This document shows positions 25,713 to 39,099 of a stretch of DNA of 64,000 nt, in pieces; the stretch's first letter is position 1; each line of letters opens with the position of its first letter. The position numbers were made by a program, and so were the translations under genes. Under the pieces are notes generated by a model. The model was not told where the DNA came from and did no database searches. It saw nothing but the letters and a program-made list of their open reading frames with translations. The stretch is from the human T2T-CHM13v2.0 reference genome, Homo sapiens, in assembly GCF_009914755.1 (NCBI RefSeq), contig NC_060933.1. One strand, written 5' to 3'.

Positions 25713-27039
25713 CTCTAGTGGATAGAAAACAAGTCTGGAAGCCAAGCATCCTGGCTGCAGGCTTGGATTGCCCATCCAGCTGGCTGGGTAATTTTAGTAA
25801 GAAATCATTTAAGCTCTTGATCTTAGTTTACTAACTTGTCAAATGGAAATAATAGCTGACTATCTCCTTCCACATGACTTTACTACTTACAGAGTAGCAG
25901 AGTAATACAATGGGATAATGAATATGAACCTATCTTAGAGTTTAATATGTATGAAAATATTACTATTCAATGTTCAGACTAGATAGGAAGCTATCCTGTC
26001 ACCAGCCCAGTTGTATTATCTCCAAAGTCCAGATTGGAAATGGATTCCAGCTTTGTTTCTCGCTGTGCTTCACAGTCCTGCAAACCCTCCACTAACCTCA
26101 TAGTTAGGCCTAAAGAAAGCTATGCCCTTAACACTCTGCTGAGTATCTGACCTCAGAAGTGAACTCTAGGCTTTGTTGCTGCTGCTGCTGTTATTGTCCT
26201 TTGGTTTTATTAAAAGGAACATGCTGTGGTCTGTCTCACATGGAAAGGTCCCTAGCCCAAACCAATGACAACATTTCTTAAATATATGAGTTTCTCTCTG
26301 GAAGAAGCAGAAGCTCAAATTTCAAAGATAACCTAGTATTTTCATCTAGTACTGCAAATTAAAACTGCTAGGTCAAAATAATGATAAGGAGGTACCAGAA
26401 TGAGGGTAAAGCATTTTGATATTTATTTCTCTCTAGATTCTCAACCAGTACCATGCCTACTATCTATCTTTATCACTTTTGGTGATTAATGGTCACCTCA
26501 GTTGATTAATGATCTGGCTCACCATAAATCTGACATGGTATTCAGCTTTTCTTTGAGCCCAAACCCTCAATCATTCCAGGAGGACTAGCAGATACTTTAT
26601 TCTTTTGAGGTGTTGGGATGGTGATGGCAAAGTGGGCATGTAGGATGGGGAGTGGGTAGAAATTAAGCATTTCATAATCTCTAGGCAGTATGGAATTTGG
26701 GATTTAGATGAGCAACATGAAAAATGTGGGAAATCCTCCCTGAATCTGAGTGTCTGACTTCTTTAATCTTACATAGTGGGAATAAGTCATAGTGGCTTGA
26801 AATTTTGAAAATGTCTCATGCTTCCCACACCATATCCTTGATACATCCCCATCTGCATCCTTTCCTTCTGTGAACTGAGCTGAGCCAATCTGGCCATTCA
26901 CAAATGTCAGGTTCTTTCAGTAATATCTGGAGCCTCTGATAATTAGAAGTGGATGGGAACTCTAACCCCCTCTCTGATTATGTTAAAATGAATCAAGATT
27001 TGAACTAAATTCTGCTACACATTCATATTTGTTAACCAT

Positions 27040-28085
27040 TGTTGTGGGAAGTCAGGGACTCTGAACGGAGGGACCAGCTGGAGCTGCGGCAGAAGAACAT
27101 CAGTGGTGAAGATTTCATGGCCATGTATCAGTTCCCAAAATTGCTACTTTTATAATTTCTTACGCCTGTCTTTACTGCAGTCTCTGAACATAAATTGTGA
27201 AGATTTCATGGACATTTATCACTTCCCTAATAATAGTCTTATAATTTCTTATGTCTGTCTTTACTCTCTTAATCCCGTTATCTTCATAAGCTGAGAATGT
27301 ATGTCACCTCAGGACCACTATTGTACAAATAGATTGTAAAACATGTGTGTTTGAACAATGTGAAATTAGTGCACCTTGAAAAAGAACAGAATAACAGCGA
27401 TTTTCAGGGAACAAGGGAAGATAACCATAAGGTCTGACTGCCTGCAGGGTCAGGCAGAATAGAACTGTATTTTTCTTCTTGCAGAGAGCATATAAACAGA
27501 TGTGCAAGTAGGAGAGATATTGCTGAATTCTTTTCCCAGCAAGGAATACCTTGGGGAAGGAATGCATTCCTGGGGGGAGGTCTATAAATGGCCGCTCTGG
27601 AAGTGTCTGTCTTATGTGGTTGAGATGAGGACTGAAATATTCCCTGGTCTCCTGCAGTACCCTCAGGCTTACTAGGATTGGAAAATTCCAGCCTGGTAAA
27701 TTTTGGTCAAACTGGTTCTCTGCTCTCGAACCCTGTTTTCTGTTAAGATGTTTATTAAGACAGTATGTGCACAGTGGGACATAGATCCTCATCAGTAATT
27801 CTAATTTTGCCTTTGCCTTGTGATCTTTATTGCCCTTTGAAGCATGTGATCTTTGTGACCTTCTCTTTGTTTGTACACCCCCTCCGCTTTTAAAATCCTA
27901 ATAAAAACTTACTGGTTTTGTGGCTCAGGGGACATAACGGACCTCCCAATATGTGATGTTACCCCCAGAGGCCCAGCTGTAAAATTCCTCCTTTGTGCTC
28001 TTTCTCTTTATTTCTCAGACCAGCCAACACTTAGGGAAAATAGAAAGAACTTGCATTGAAATATTGGAGTCTGGTTCCCCCGATA
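27040..28085 (+). mobile_element. MER11 solo LTR (HERV-K11/HML-8), MER11A-like
   Basis: tgttgtgggaagtcagggac...ccccgata; TSD aaccat/aaccaa. Confidence 0.92.
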
Positions 28086-28249
28086 AACCAACAAACCCAC
28101 AAATAGCCATCCAACCTGTTTTGTATGTGTAGGGAAGTCTCTGCTCTGTCCTTTTAAGTGCTCCACCACCAAGCCTCTTGGATTAAAGGTTCATTCTACA
28201 CACATGCATTCAAATAATCTGAAGGCCAGGATCAGTCAACTCTCTACCC

Positions 28250-28463
28250 TAGGGTTTCTGAACCTCAGCCCTGGTGATATTTTGAGCTGGATATTCTTTT
28301 CTGTGAGGGCTGTTCTCTGCATTGTGATATGTTTAGTGGCATCCCTGGCCTCTACTTACTTTATGCTCATAGCACACTTCCCCAGTAGTGACAATCCCAA
28401 ATCTCTAAGACATTGACAAATGTCCCCCAAGGGGCAAAATCATTACTGATTGGGAATCACTGC
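28250..28463 (+). mobile_element. MER20 hAT element
   Basis: 'gtttctgaacctcagc...catccctggcctctac...gacattgacaaatgtcccc...ggggcaaaatca...gaatcactg'. Confidence 0.85.
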
Positions 28464-29492
28464 TCTAGTTGGATGAGCCAATGAAAACTTGTATTAAGTG
28501 AGTGAAAACTAGGACCAAATAGAGTTCTAGTCAAAGGTTCTACCCCAAAAGTTAGTTCACTGGGCCTGCCAAAGTATTGTACCTATACCTATCTTGATAA
28601 TTGTATTTAACCAATGCAAAAATTATTTTAAGCATCCTTTATACTAATAACAAACCCTCTGGTATAGCTTGCTATAGAAATATTTAAAGTTTTGCAACAG
28701 ATATTTCTCCAGTAGAGACTTTTGATTAGGATCTTTCAAATACTAACTAACTGCTATTGGAGTGTGTATTCCTTTTCAGAATACTTTGCATACTATTTAA
28801 CCTCCCCCAGGGTGTGGATTATAGTCCCCCTGCAGGCTGTATACAGTGTAATACCTATATGGAGACATTTACAAGCAAATTACAGATGATCTCACACCTT
28901 CCCTTCTTGAGCTCCTCCTTTCTCATGAATTATATCATCTGTTTTATGGCTTGATGAAATTTTTAGAGATTCTGAAGTCCACCTCTTGTATTTGGGTAAA
29001 CTGAGGCAATTCTGGAGAGGCTAAGTGCCTTAGGCAGGTCACAGAGCCACTTAATAGCAGAATCTATTATTCTTGTTTGACTACAGAAAACCTTAATAAG
29101 ATTAGAGGTTTGGAAGGTGCTATAAAATATAGGCAAATCTATATTGAACACTATGTAAAGGTCTTTTTTACTTGGTTTCCCTTATTAGGGATATCAGGTT
29201 TATGGATGATTTGTCACCTACTCAAATTTCTATATGTTTATAAATATGGCTAAAACATCTTTCTTATGCCAATTTTAATATAAGTATGTTTTTCAAAAGT
29301 CTCTAAGCAAAGAAAAGTTTGAAAAGATTTATAGTTATCCTGTAGCTGTGAGTGTCATTTAGCAGACTCTTGAAAACCCTAATGAATGGGGGATGGGAGA
29401 TAATGGAGTCAGGTGCCAGTGACCTCTAATGAGTACTGATGTGAAAAAATATGATAGGAAATATTTGATATGGGTAAGGCAGCCTAACAGGA

Positions 29493-29517
29493 TGTGTGTG
29501 TGTGTGTGTGTGTGTGT
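29493..29517. repeat. (TG)n microsatellite
   Basis: About 12 TG units. Confidence 0.95.
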
Positions 29518-29959
29518 AAGAGTTGCAGCTAACAGTGATATCAGAGTAAAGACAAGACCCATCTCTCTTTGCCTTCCACAATTTTACCAAGGACTAGTCC
29601 TGGAATCCCAGAATGGATTGAGACATGGGCCTCATCTGGGTCACAGCATCCCTCAGGGCCTAGACAAATTTAGGACAAATTGACCCATGTGTGGCTCACC
29701 AGCTCAATGAAAATCATTAAAAACATTTAAAGATCCTATCTGGTCAAGAGAATAAAGGGAGAATAGAAAAATGGGGTCATAAGAAAGGTATGAGAAGAGA
29801 GCAGGAGGCAGAGGAGATGTTCAGATATCAGCCCCCAACAAAAATGGTCACCAACATCCATTCTTCTTTTCTCAGTAATAGAATCCCCAAACTCCAAGTG
29901 GTCAAATGGCTACTCAGAGTCTAGTTTACCTTCTCCTGCTTCCTTTGCAGGTAGATGGG

Positions 29960-30329
29960 TGATATGGTTTGTCTCTGTGTCCCCACCCAAATCTCATCTT
30001 GAATTGTAATCCCCACGTGTGGAGGGAGGGAACTGGTGAGAGGTTATTGGATCATGGGGGTGGCTTCCCCCATGCTGTTCTTGTGATAGTGAGTGAGTTC
30101 TCATGAAAGCTGATGGTTTTAAAGTGTGGCACACCTCCTTGTTCTCTCACTTTTCAAGTCTTGCTACCATGTAAGACGTGCCTTGCTTCCGCTTTGCTTT
30201 CCACTATGATTGTAAGTTTCCTGAGGCTTCCCCAGCCTTGCAGAATTGCTAGTCAATTAAACCTCTTTCCTTTATAAATTACCCAGTCTCAGGTAGTTCT
30301 TTATAGCAGCGTGAAAGCAGACTGATACA
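29960..30329 (+). mobile_element. THE1/MST MaLR solo LTR nested in an older MLT1 LTR (~29850-30680)
   Basis: tgatatggtttg...cccacccaaatctcatcttgaattgtaatcccc...gactgataca. Confidence 0.88.
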
Positions 30330-31403
30330 GTGAGGTAGTGTGATCAAATTCAGGCCAGTGGAATGGAAGAAGGAATGTTGCATGTGAGCTTCTGGGAACC
30401 TTTCCTAAAGGAGTCTTGGTGCACACCTGTAGTCCCTTCTTCTATCCTAATGACTGATAAGGGGATGTAATGGCCAGAGTGAGAGCTGCCAAATGGGGCC
30501 ACGTGGTGACCTTGGCAAAAGCAGATTAAAAAAATAGAAAGTATCTGGATTTCTGAGGACTGCACCGAGCCAGGCTGCCACACCAGTCTTGGGCTGCTTA
30601 TCTGTGTTAGAGAAATAAACTTCTACTTTAAGTCGCTATTATTTTGAATGTCTGGCATTCACAGAAAACATGATCCTAATGGATATAATTATTTCTATGG
30701 GGCCAGCACATGGCTCAGACTAAGCCAATCATGATACCCTGTACTGCCACATATACCTGAACATTTGGAGAAGAAAAGGGTTAGTCTTCTTTTTAAATCT
30801 CAATCTATCGGTCTGTGGACCTCATAAATTCCTCTCCTTGAAGATCTACCTTGGAATGAAATAAATACACAAAGAGAGGCAACAACACAAAAGGAAGAGC
30901 CAGAACTCTGAGAACACTGTTTGGGCACCTGAATCTAGCTGTACCTGAAGGTGTACCAATCTACTATCTTTCCCAGTTACGTGGTAAGTGCCCACTTTTG
31001 CTTAAACTAATTTGATTGTGGTTCTGTTACCTGTAACTGAGAAAGCCTTAATTAACACCACTGTTATAGTGCATAATTGGCTCATTTGTAAAGAAAAGAA
31101 ATAATGAAATTAGTTTGAAGATTAAATAAAATTATGTAATATGTAAGATTACCAAAACTGATTTGAAATGCAGACATGGGGTAGTTAACCAGGCTCACAC
31201 ACTTGTTATGTGAATTACTCACCCATTCTGGCTTCATAATGAGCACGATTTAAACTCAAACCTTGATAAAGTTATGATTTAGGATGTCACGTACCTTTGA
31301 CGTTACTCTCAAAAGCTCTTAACCATGAATTAAAAGTGACAATGTGAAAGGCATATGTAGTTTGATTCTGAATAGAACTGGCATCTAAATCTGAGTTCTG
31401 TCA

Positions 31404-32146
31404 AGATCTTTCAAGAATTCTGAGTGTTGGATATTATTTAGACACATAGGAAGAAAGTATGACTTCTCAGAAATGAAGTGTAATTCTGAGGCTGTGTTTA
31501 AATATATCAGGAGGAGAATTGAAACATTTGCTCTAATAAATTTGGCTAAGTCATGATGCATGATGTATATATGTGTGTATGATATATATCTACTATAGTT
31601 TTTATGCACACACAGTAAGATGCAAAATAATAAAGGCTAACTTTATTCAGCAATAATTGCATGCCAGATATGATTTTGTAGGCTTTATAAGAATTTTACA
31701 ACAACCCATGGAGCATGTACCATTATTATTTCCTTTCACATAGTGTAAATTGAGGCAGACAGAGTTATTTTACCAACAGTCAAACTAAGAAGTGGTGGAC
31801 CTACAACTGAAAAGCACACAGTTTGGCTCTAGAACCAATGCTGTTAACCACCATACCACATTTGCCAAACTGGCTGTCAATCAATGCTGAAGAACAGCCC
31901 AATACCCCTGTCCATGCAAAATGAAGCAGAGAATGCAAAGCATTCAAGTAGCAAATCAGCTGCTGTTTCAGTCTGCATATCAGAAGGAAAATCATGACTT
32001 AGCTAAACGTATTAGGACAAATGTCCCAATTCTCCACTTGATATGTTTAAACATAGCCTCAGAATCACGCTTCATTTCTGGGAAGCCATATTGCCTTCCT
32101 ACATGTCTAAATGCCATCCAACACGCCGAGAATTCTTGATAGATCT
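31404..32146. repeat. Inverted repeat: arms 31404-31557 and 31991-32146, ~83% identical, 433-bp spacer containing a MIR
   Basis: Manual alignment; also visible as paralogous ORFs 31385..31609(-) and 31921..32139(+). Confidence 0.92.
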
Positions 32147-33578
32147 GAGACGAAAATAAAAACAACACTGGTGATTGAGACCTTACAAGAAGCTCACTTG
32201 ACTGAAGACTCAAGCTGGGGGGGTCCACTAGATAACTAAGTTGAGATCTACTTTCAATAAAGCAGCACAGCAGGAATTCTTTGATGTTTCACCAGAGACT
32301 TAAAAAGGAAGTAGGCGCACTCTGAAGTTTGCCCAGAACATTGGTCATTATGTCCTGGGCTGCCCCAAGGTAGAATTATAAAGTGAGATGAAGCTTGGGG
32401 AAGCCTTAACTCCTCCAACCTCTCTGTCACTGTTGTTCTCCCTCTCATTTTTTGCATTTGAAACTCTTCCTGCTACGGAAGCCTACTTTTAAGCAAGTAA
32501 CTGGCATCAGGTTGCATAGAGAAGCAATATAAGGTGGTGGATACATGCCCATGTTCTAGGTCAGACACTGCATTTAGATCCTGATTCTACTGGTCCTCAG
32601 CTGTGTGACTGTGGGCAAGTTATTTACCTCTCTGTGCTTAGCTTTTTCCTCTAAAAATGCAAAGAAAAAGAATATTTAGTTACTTTTGGTTTGCTATAGA
32701 GTTTAAATGAGATTATACGCATAAAAATCTTAGAACAGCAGCAGGTACACAGAAAGGGCTCAAAAAATGTTGGTTAATATAGTTATATAGTTACCAGCCA
32801 TTTTCATTCGAGGGTAAATTTAAGTTACTGTGTTTCTCACCCAGAGGTGTATTTGCATACCTTTTCTCTCCTTGAGATTAACCTGAGATTAACCTTCTTA
32901 ACTTTATCTGTCTTTGAGATTTCTGTTTTTGTAAAAGGAATGTCCAACATGAAGAAGAAGGTGTGAGAGCTATTCCGAGGGTATAGGAGCAACAGGCCAA
33001 GGTGCGTGACATCCCCCCAAACTGGGAAGCTGTCTGCCTCATTACTTAAGGCCAGTTCAGCTTGTCCCTCTACACCAAGGACCAACCCTGCTGGCAGTTG
33101 GCCCTGTTGACTTCTCCTGGGTCTTCTCGGATCACACGTTAGCAATGTGTGCTCAGAGGATAGGAACTTGCCATCCAGCCTCAGCTGCTGGCTGGACTGT
33201 CAGATTGCCCTGGGATAGCTGCAGATTCATCTGCAGATTCATGATGGATTGAAAATGAAACTCCAGGCCAGCAGTGGCTTTCAATGGATGAATTAGGAAA
33301 GGGAATAGGACCACCTATGTTAATCCTTTTGCAGCTGCCTTGATGGAAAAAGTATTGGGTTAACATGAAACATGGAAGGCACCCATTTTTCTTCCTCAAA
33401 CGACCTTCCAGCAGCCTATCTGGAATGGGTGAACCAGATCTTTTCTGGGGCTTTCAGCTTTGCTGTTAGTGCCATAAATGAGATTCAGTCAGTAAGAGGG
33501 GGACAGAGAAAGGAAGGAGCTATCTCAGCGAGTATGCCTCAGAAATGTATGCCTGCCTGCAGATGTGCTATGCACACT

Positions 33579-34026
33579 TGTAAACCAGTCTCTGAGACAG
33601 GTCTCAATCAACTTAGAAGTTTATTTTACCAAGGTTAAGAACATGCCTGGAATAATGGAACACACAATCACAGAGACAGCCTGTGGTCTGTGTCTTTCCG
33701 CAAAGATATTTTGAAGGTTTCAGTATTTAAAGGGGAAAAGTGGAGGCGAAAGAGGGAGGGTATGGCCACATGGCATAATCCATGCATTGCAGGAGAAAAG
33801 GAGCAGGTAGGAAAATAGTCAGTGATGTATTCATCTCAGTAAATCGGTACTTTACATAAAAGGTGAACCTAGTGTAGCTCTCTGTGGAGATATCTGGCCT
33901 TTCATCTGTTAGCTATTTGCTTAGCAATAGAAGGAAAAGGCTGTTTCTTGCATGGCTCAGCTTCCATCTTAATTTTTTCCTTTTTGCATAGTGATTGGGG
34001 GCCCGAAATTTCCTTTGCCTTTCACA
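33579..34026 (-). mobile_element. MER4A-family ERV1 solo LTR
   Basis: tgtaaacc...cctttcaca termini; perfect 4-bp TSD cact. Confidence 0.9.
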
Positions 34027-34224
34027 CACTGAAACGACGTGACTGGGATTTCCCTCCCTCCACAGTCCTACGTGGCTTTCTGACTACCCTTTCCCCTGTA
34101 AGGATCATAATATGAAAGTTAGGAGGCTGGAGTGAAAGAGATTTTTTTCATTTCTGGTTTCTGTTATCCACTATGCCTTGACCTTCGCTCTGCCCATATG
34201 ATCAAATGACTTCCTGAACGTAGC

Positions 34225-34370
34225 CCACTGGGCGCGTCATCCGCGGGACTGACTCTGCCTCCCACGGGCTTCCTGAGGCCGGACCGCCGCGGGGACGCCT
34301 CCTCTCACACCCACCAGGGGCGCGCGAGCCTCAGGAGACGCCAGCAGGGGTTGCGGAGCTGCGGTGCTGG
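34225..34370. promoter_or_regulatory. Small CpG-rich island with two CTCF-like motifs
   Basis: CCACCAGGGGCGC at 34311 and CCAGCAGGGGTTGC at 34341; many intact CpGs. Confidence 0.5.
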
Positions 34371-34965
34371 AAGCCAGCTGTCACTCCAACCCAGCTGGAG
34401 ATTCCTGTCGGGAATGCTTGGGATAGGACAGCTGTGAGGGAGCCCCTGGGGCATAGGAAAACCCTCACAGTTCCAGAAAAAACAGAAAACGCATGCACAG
34501 TTTTTCTCGGTTAATCAAAGTCAAATTCCTTTTCCCACAACTGCTGGGGTGCCAGCTGGCTGGCAGGATGGAAGAACCAGGATGGCACCAATCAAAATCC
34601 GAAAAAGGCAGGGTCCAAAGTCATTCCTGGGTTTTGTTGTTTAATGTCATCGGAAGTGGGCCGTGACAGCAATCTGCCCACCACTTGCCCATTCAGGTCC
34701 TCTTGCCTTTCATACTGAGAATAAAGCCATTTTTCCCCCCGGGCTCCTGGGTTTGTTCTGTTTAGGCTTCAATAGTCACCGGCATCCTTCACATGGCTCT
34801 GCATGACAGAATAAAAACCCTGGGGTGGGAACAGGCTCATGTATCTCCTAACCATGCCACCATGTGTGCAGAGGGACCTGTCATGGACACTGGTGGCCTT
34901 TCAACTTCATTTCAAAGTTTACAGGTAAAAGGGGAAAAATGGGTGTGTATAAAATCATTTAAGAA

Positions 34966-35274
<309 letters not shown>

Positions 35275-35856
35275 TCATAGGACACCACGACCAAGGCCCC
35301 CACGCCCACCCCGGACACGTACAGATGATATTTGGAGATCAGAACTTGTGTCTGGCATAGAGCGGACTTCGGGAGTTGCCCATCTCCCCTCTTTTCTTCT
35401 TCTGTCCACTAACAGTGGGAAACTTGGTTTCCGTCTAGAATGTGCTAGAGGATAAATAGAGCCCTCACATCCTTTATATTAATCTATAGGACATGAGGGC
35501 TCTATTTTCAGCTGTCAATGAAAATTTCAAGCCATCCTCACACAAATGTTGGAACAGGCATCTGTTTGTTCGCCAGACAACTGGTTCTGAAAACTTTACT
35601 TCAAGGACCCTTGTTTAAACCTTCTATAACGTGCTGGATCTTTGCACACGGCTTGGGAGTGCGGATGGTGTGAGGGAAGCCATCAGCCCTGCCAGCCAGT
35701 TGAGCTCAGGGGCGAGCTGCCGGCCTCCCCCATACCTGGAAGATGGAAAGGATCGTTCGCTGTTTGGAGAATAGAGCTGCATTCTGGGTGACATGCGGAA
35801 GCCTGAGAGGCAGCAGCACCACATTGCAAGAAGGCAAACAATTGCTACAGAGACAG

Positions 35857-36925
35857 TGTTGCGGGAAGTCAGGGACCCCAAATGGAGGGACCGGCTGAAG
35901 CCATGGCAGAAGAACGTGGATTGTGAAGATTTTATGGACATTTATTAGTTCCCCAAATTAATACTTTTGTAATTTCTTATGCCTGTCTTTACTGCAATCT
36001 CTAAACATAAATTGTAAAGATTTCATGGACACTTATCACTTCCCCAATCAATACCCTTTTAATTTCCTATTCCTGTCTTTACTTTAATCTCTTAATCCTG
36101 TCAGTTGAGGAGGATGTATATCGTTCTAGGACCTTGTAATAATTGTGTTAACTACACAAATTGTACAGCATGTATGTCTGCAATACGAAACGTGGGCACC
36201 CTGAAAAAAGAAGAGGATAACAGCAATTGTTCAGGGAATAAGAGAGATAACCTTAAACTCTGACCGCCGGTGAGCCGGGCAGAACAGAGCCATATTTCTC
36301 TTCTTTCAAAAGCAAATGGGAGAAATATCGCTGAATTCTTTTTTTCAGCACAGAACGTCCCTGAGAAAGAGAATGCGCACCTAGGGGTAGGTCTCTGAAC
36401 TGGCCCCCCCAGGGCGTACCTGTCTCTTATGGTCGAGATTGCAGAGGTGAAATAAACTCCAGTCTCCCATAGCGCTCCCAGGCTTATTAGGAAGAGGAAA
36501 TTCCCACCTAATAAATTTTGGTCAGACCGGTTGATCTCAAAACGCTGCCTCCTGATAAGATGTTATCAATGACAATGGTGCCCGAAACTTCATTAGCAAT
36601 TTTAATTTCGCCTCCATCCTGTGGTCCTGTGATCTCGCCCTGCCTCCACTTGCCTTGTGATATTCTATTACCCTGTTAAGTACTTGATGTCTGTCACCCA
36701 CACCTATTTGCACACTCCCTCCCCTTTTGAAAATCCCTAATAAAAACTTGCTGGTTTTTGTGGCTTGTGGGGCATCATAGATCCTACCAATGTGTGATGT
36801 CTCCCCCCGGACGCCCAGCTTTAAAATTTCTCTCTTTTGTACTCTGTCCTTTTATTTCTCAAGCCAGTCGACACTTAGGAAAATAGAAAAGAACCTACGT
36901 GATTATCGGGGCAGGTCCCCCGATA
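35857..36925 (+). mobile_element. MER11 solo LTR (MER11B/C-like)
   Basis: tgttgcgggaagtcagggacccc...ccccgata; perfect TSD agacag. Confidence 0.94.
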
Positions 36926-38140
36926 AGACAGCTCACGAGATCTCATTAGATATTTCATTGTTACAGTATGGAAAGGAAGCATATTTGTGTGCTGGTATAC
37001 ATGATGTGATTTTAAATCCCAAGTGATAATTTTAGAAACCAACAGAACCTAATATTAAAGCTAAACTACTGTCCTCTTGAAATGATGAGATGCTATTCCG
37101 GTTGCCCTTTTAAAAACACTATCAAGAGGTAAGTTCCCTGTAAGTTCCACCTTCATTTTGGACACTTAAAGAATCAGTCTTTTACTGGCCTGGGTCACTG
37201 GGTTTTCTCTTTTGGATGAGGAGGGCTTATTTGACTTCACCATCACATGGCACAAAATAAACGCATTCCACCTACCTGGCATTTCTAGGACCACCTATTT
37301 CTTTTTTTCTTCAAATGATTGTGACTTCCTGCTCCATTCACCTCAATAACTCACCCACACGTCCTTTCTATACTTACTAATTACTGTAATCTTTCTCATC
37401 TCCATGTAACTTTTTTTTTTTTCTGAAGCATTCCAACATGGATCTCTTTGAAATTCTCTATACAAACCACAAAAGGCCGTGACTTCCCACAGTCTTTCTG
37501 AATTTCTGGCCTTAGCAAAAACCTGAAAACCCCACAGACATTTATTTAACCATTTCCCCATGCAAACAATAAGAAGTGGGGGAGGAGGATAGCAGACATC
37601 TGGCTTACTCAAGAGATGATGTGTTAGTCTGGACTTAGAATATTCCCAGAGAATATTCCTATAATCTGTATTAGCTTCTCATTTGTGAATATTCTAACCT
37701 CACAGACTCTGACGCATTAGGACAAAGCCCTTTGCAAGAAACTGACTTAATGGAAAGCTCTTAATGCAAGAAAGTTTAGGCTCAGGGAATGGACTTTATA
37801 CACTGAGAGATGTCAGGAACACAGGGAAGCACTGGGCACCTTACGAACAAAGTAGATCGCACAACTCCATGTGCCTTCATTCTCAGGAATCTGCTACTAA
37901 TAGCCTTGTAATCATTACTGATTGAGAGATGGCAACCTCAGGGCCAAATGAGGCTCCTGCATTCATAAAATTCTCAGCTTCATAACTGCTGTTCTACAAT
38001 TTTGAATTCTACTGTTCATTTTAGGATTTTCCCGGGAAAGGGTAGTGGCTGGGCTAACGTGTATTGCAGTGGGCAGAAAACCAGCAAGTGTTTCTCCAAT
38101 TATTTGCTTTCATAGCTTTTCTGGAATTTGGACCCAGTGC

Positions 38141-38204
38141 TGTGGCTTGAAAGGGTGAAACACATGCATGTATGTGGCTTGAAAGGGTGAAACACATGCA
38201 TGTA
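38141..38204. repeat. Perfect 32-bp tandem duplication
   Basis: tgtggcttgaaagggtgaaacacatgcatgta x2. Confidence 0.97.
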
Positions 38205-39099
38205 TGTGCACATGTGCACATGTGTGCATGTGTGTATTTGTGTGTGTTGGGGATAAGGGAACATGCCCCAGTTAACGAATGGAGCAGTGGGCCAGATCCA
38301 CATCCTGTGTAACTCCCACAGGCTCCTGCTACGATGAAAGTTCCCTTCACAGGGTTGAACACAGTGATTCCCCAAGGGATCCTGGCTGATTGGGTGGAAG
38401 TTCAGCGTTTCTTGTCCCACTGAATTTTTGAACATGACAACCACATCCTGCTCCTGATACTGTGTGCTTTCCTTGATTGATCATGTCAAGATAGCCCTGC
38501 TAACATTGTGTTCCAAGCCTGGCTCGATTCTTCTTGATATAACTCCAGGAACCAAATCAGCCAAAGGCCTTCTTTCTCTAATTCTAATTCTAATTCAAGG
38601 GATTTCCCCCAACCCAACCTCTGTCTCCATCTTCTTAGTATCAAGCTCTGCCCAAAGTTGATCATTCCTGAAGAACAAGGCATGCATTTATAGCATAACA
38701 ATGATTTCCTTTAGGGACTTTCAGTAATGCACCATTCATTTGGGACAGTGATGTGACAATTCTCAGGCAAATGTGGAAGTAGATGTCTATGTCATTTGTG
38801 AATATGTAGAAATAAAGAGTTCATTTACATCAACTGTCCCACCTCTGTCCCATACCTCTCCTTCCCCATGAAGAAAAGAGAGGCAGAAGTAGAATTTAAG
38901 TAGAATTTAAAATTAAAAATAAAAAGAAGATATTTTAAAGGGTTAAAATATTAAAAGAAAACTCCTTTGAACCTCAATAAAGAAATGGCTGTTGAATCTC
39001 AGCCTCTTTTGCCCCATCTTCCTAATGGCTGGGCCCATTTCTGTTGCCACACAGCCCACATATCCTAAGTAGCCCCACATCTCTATTTTTGTCTTATTC

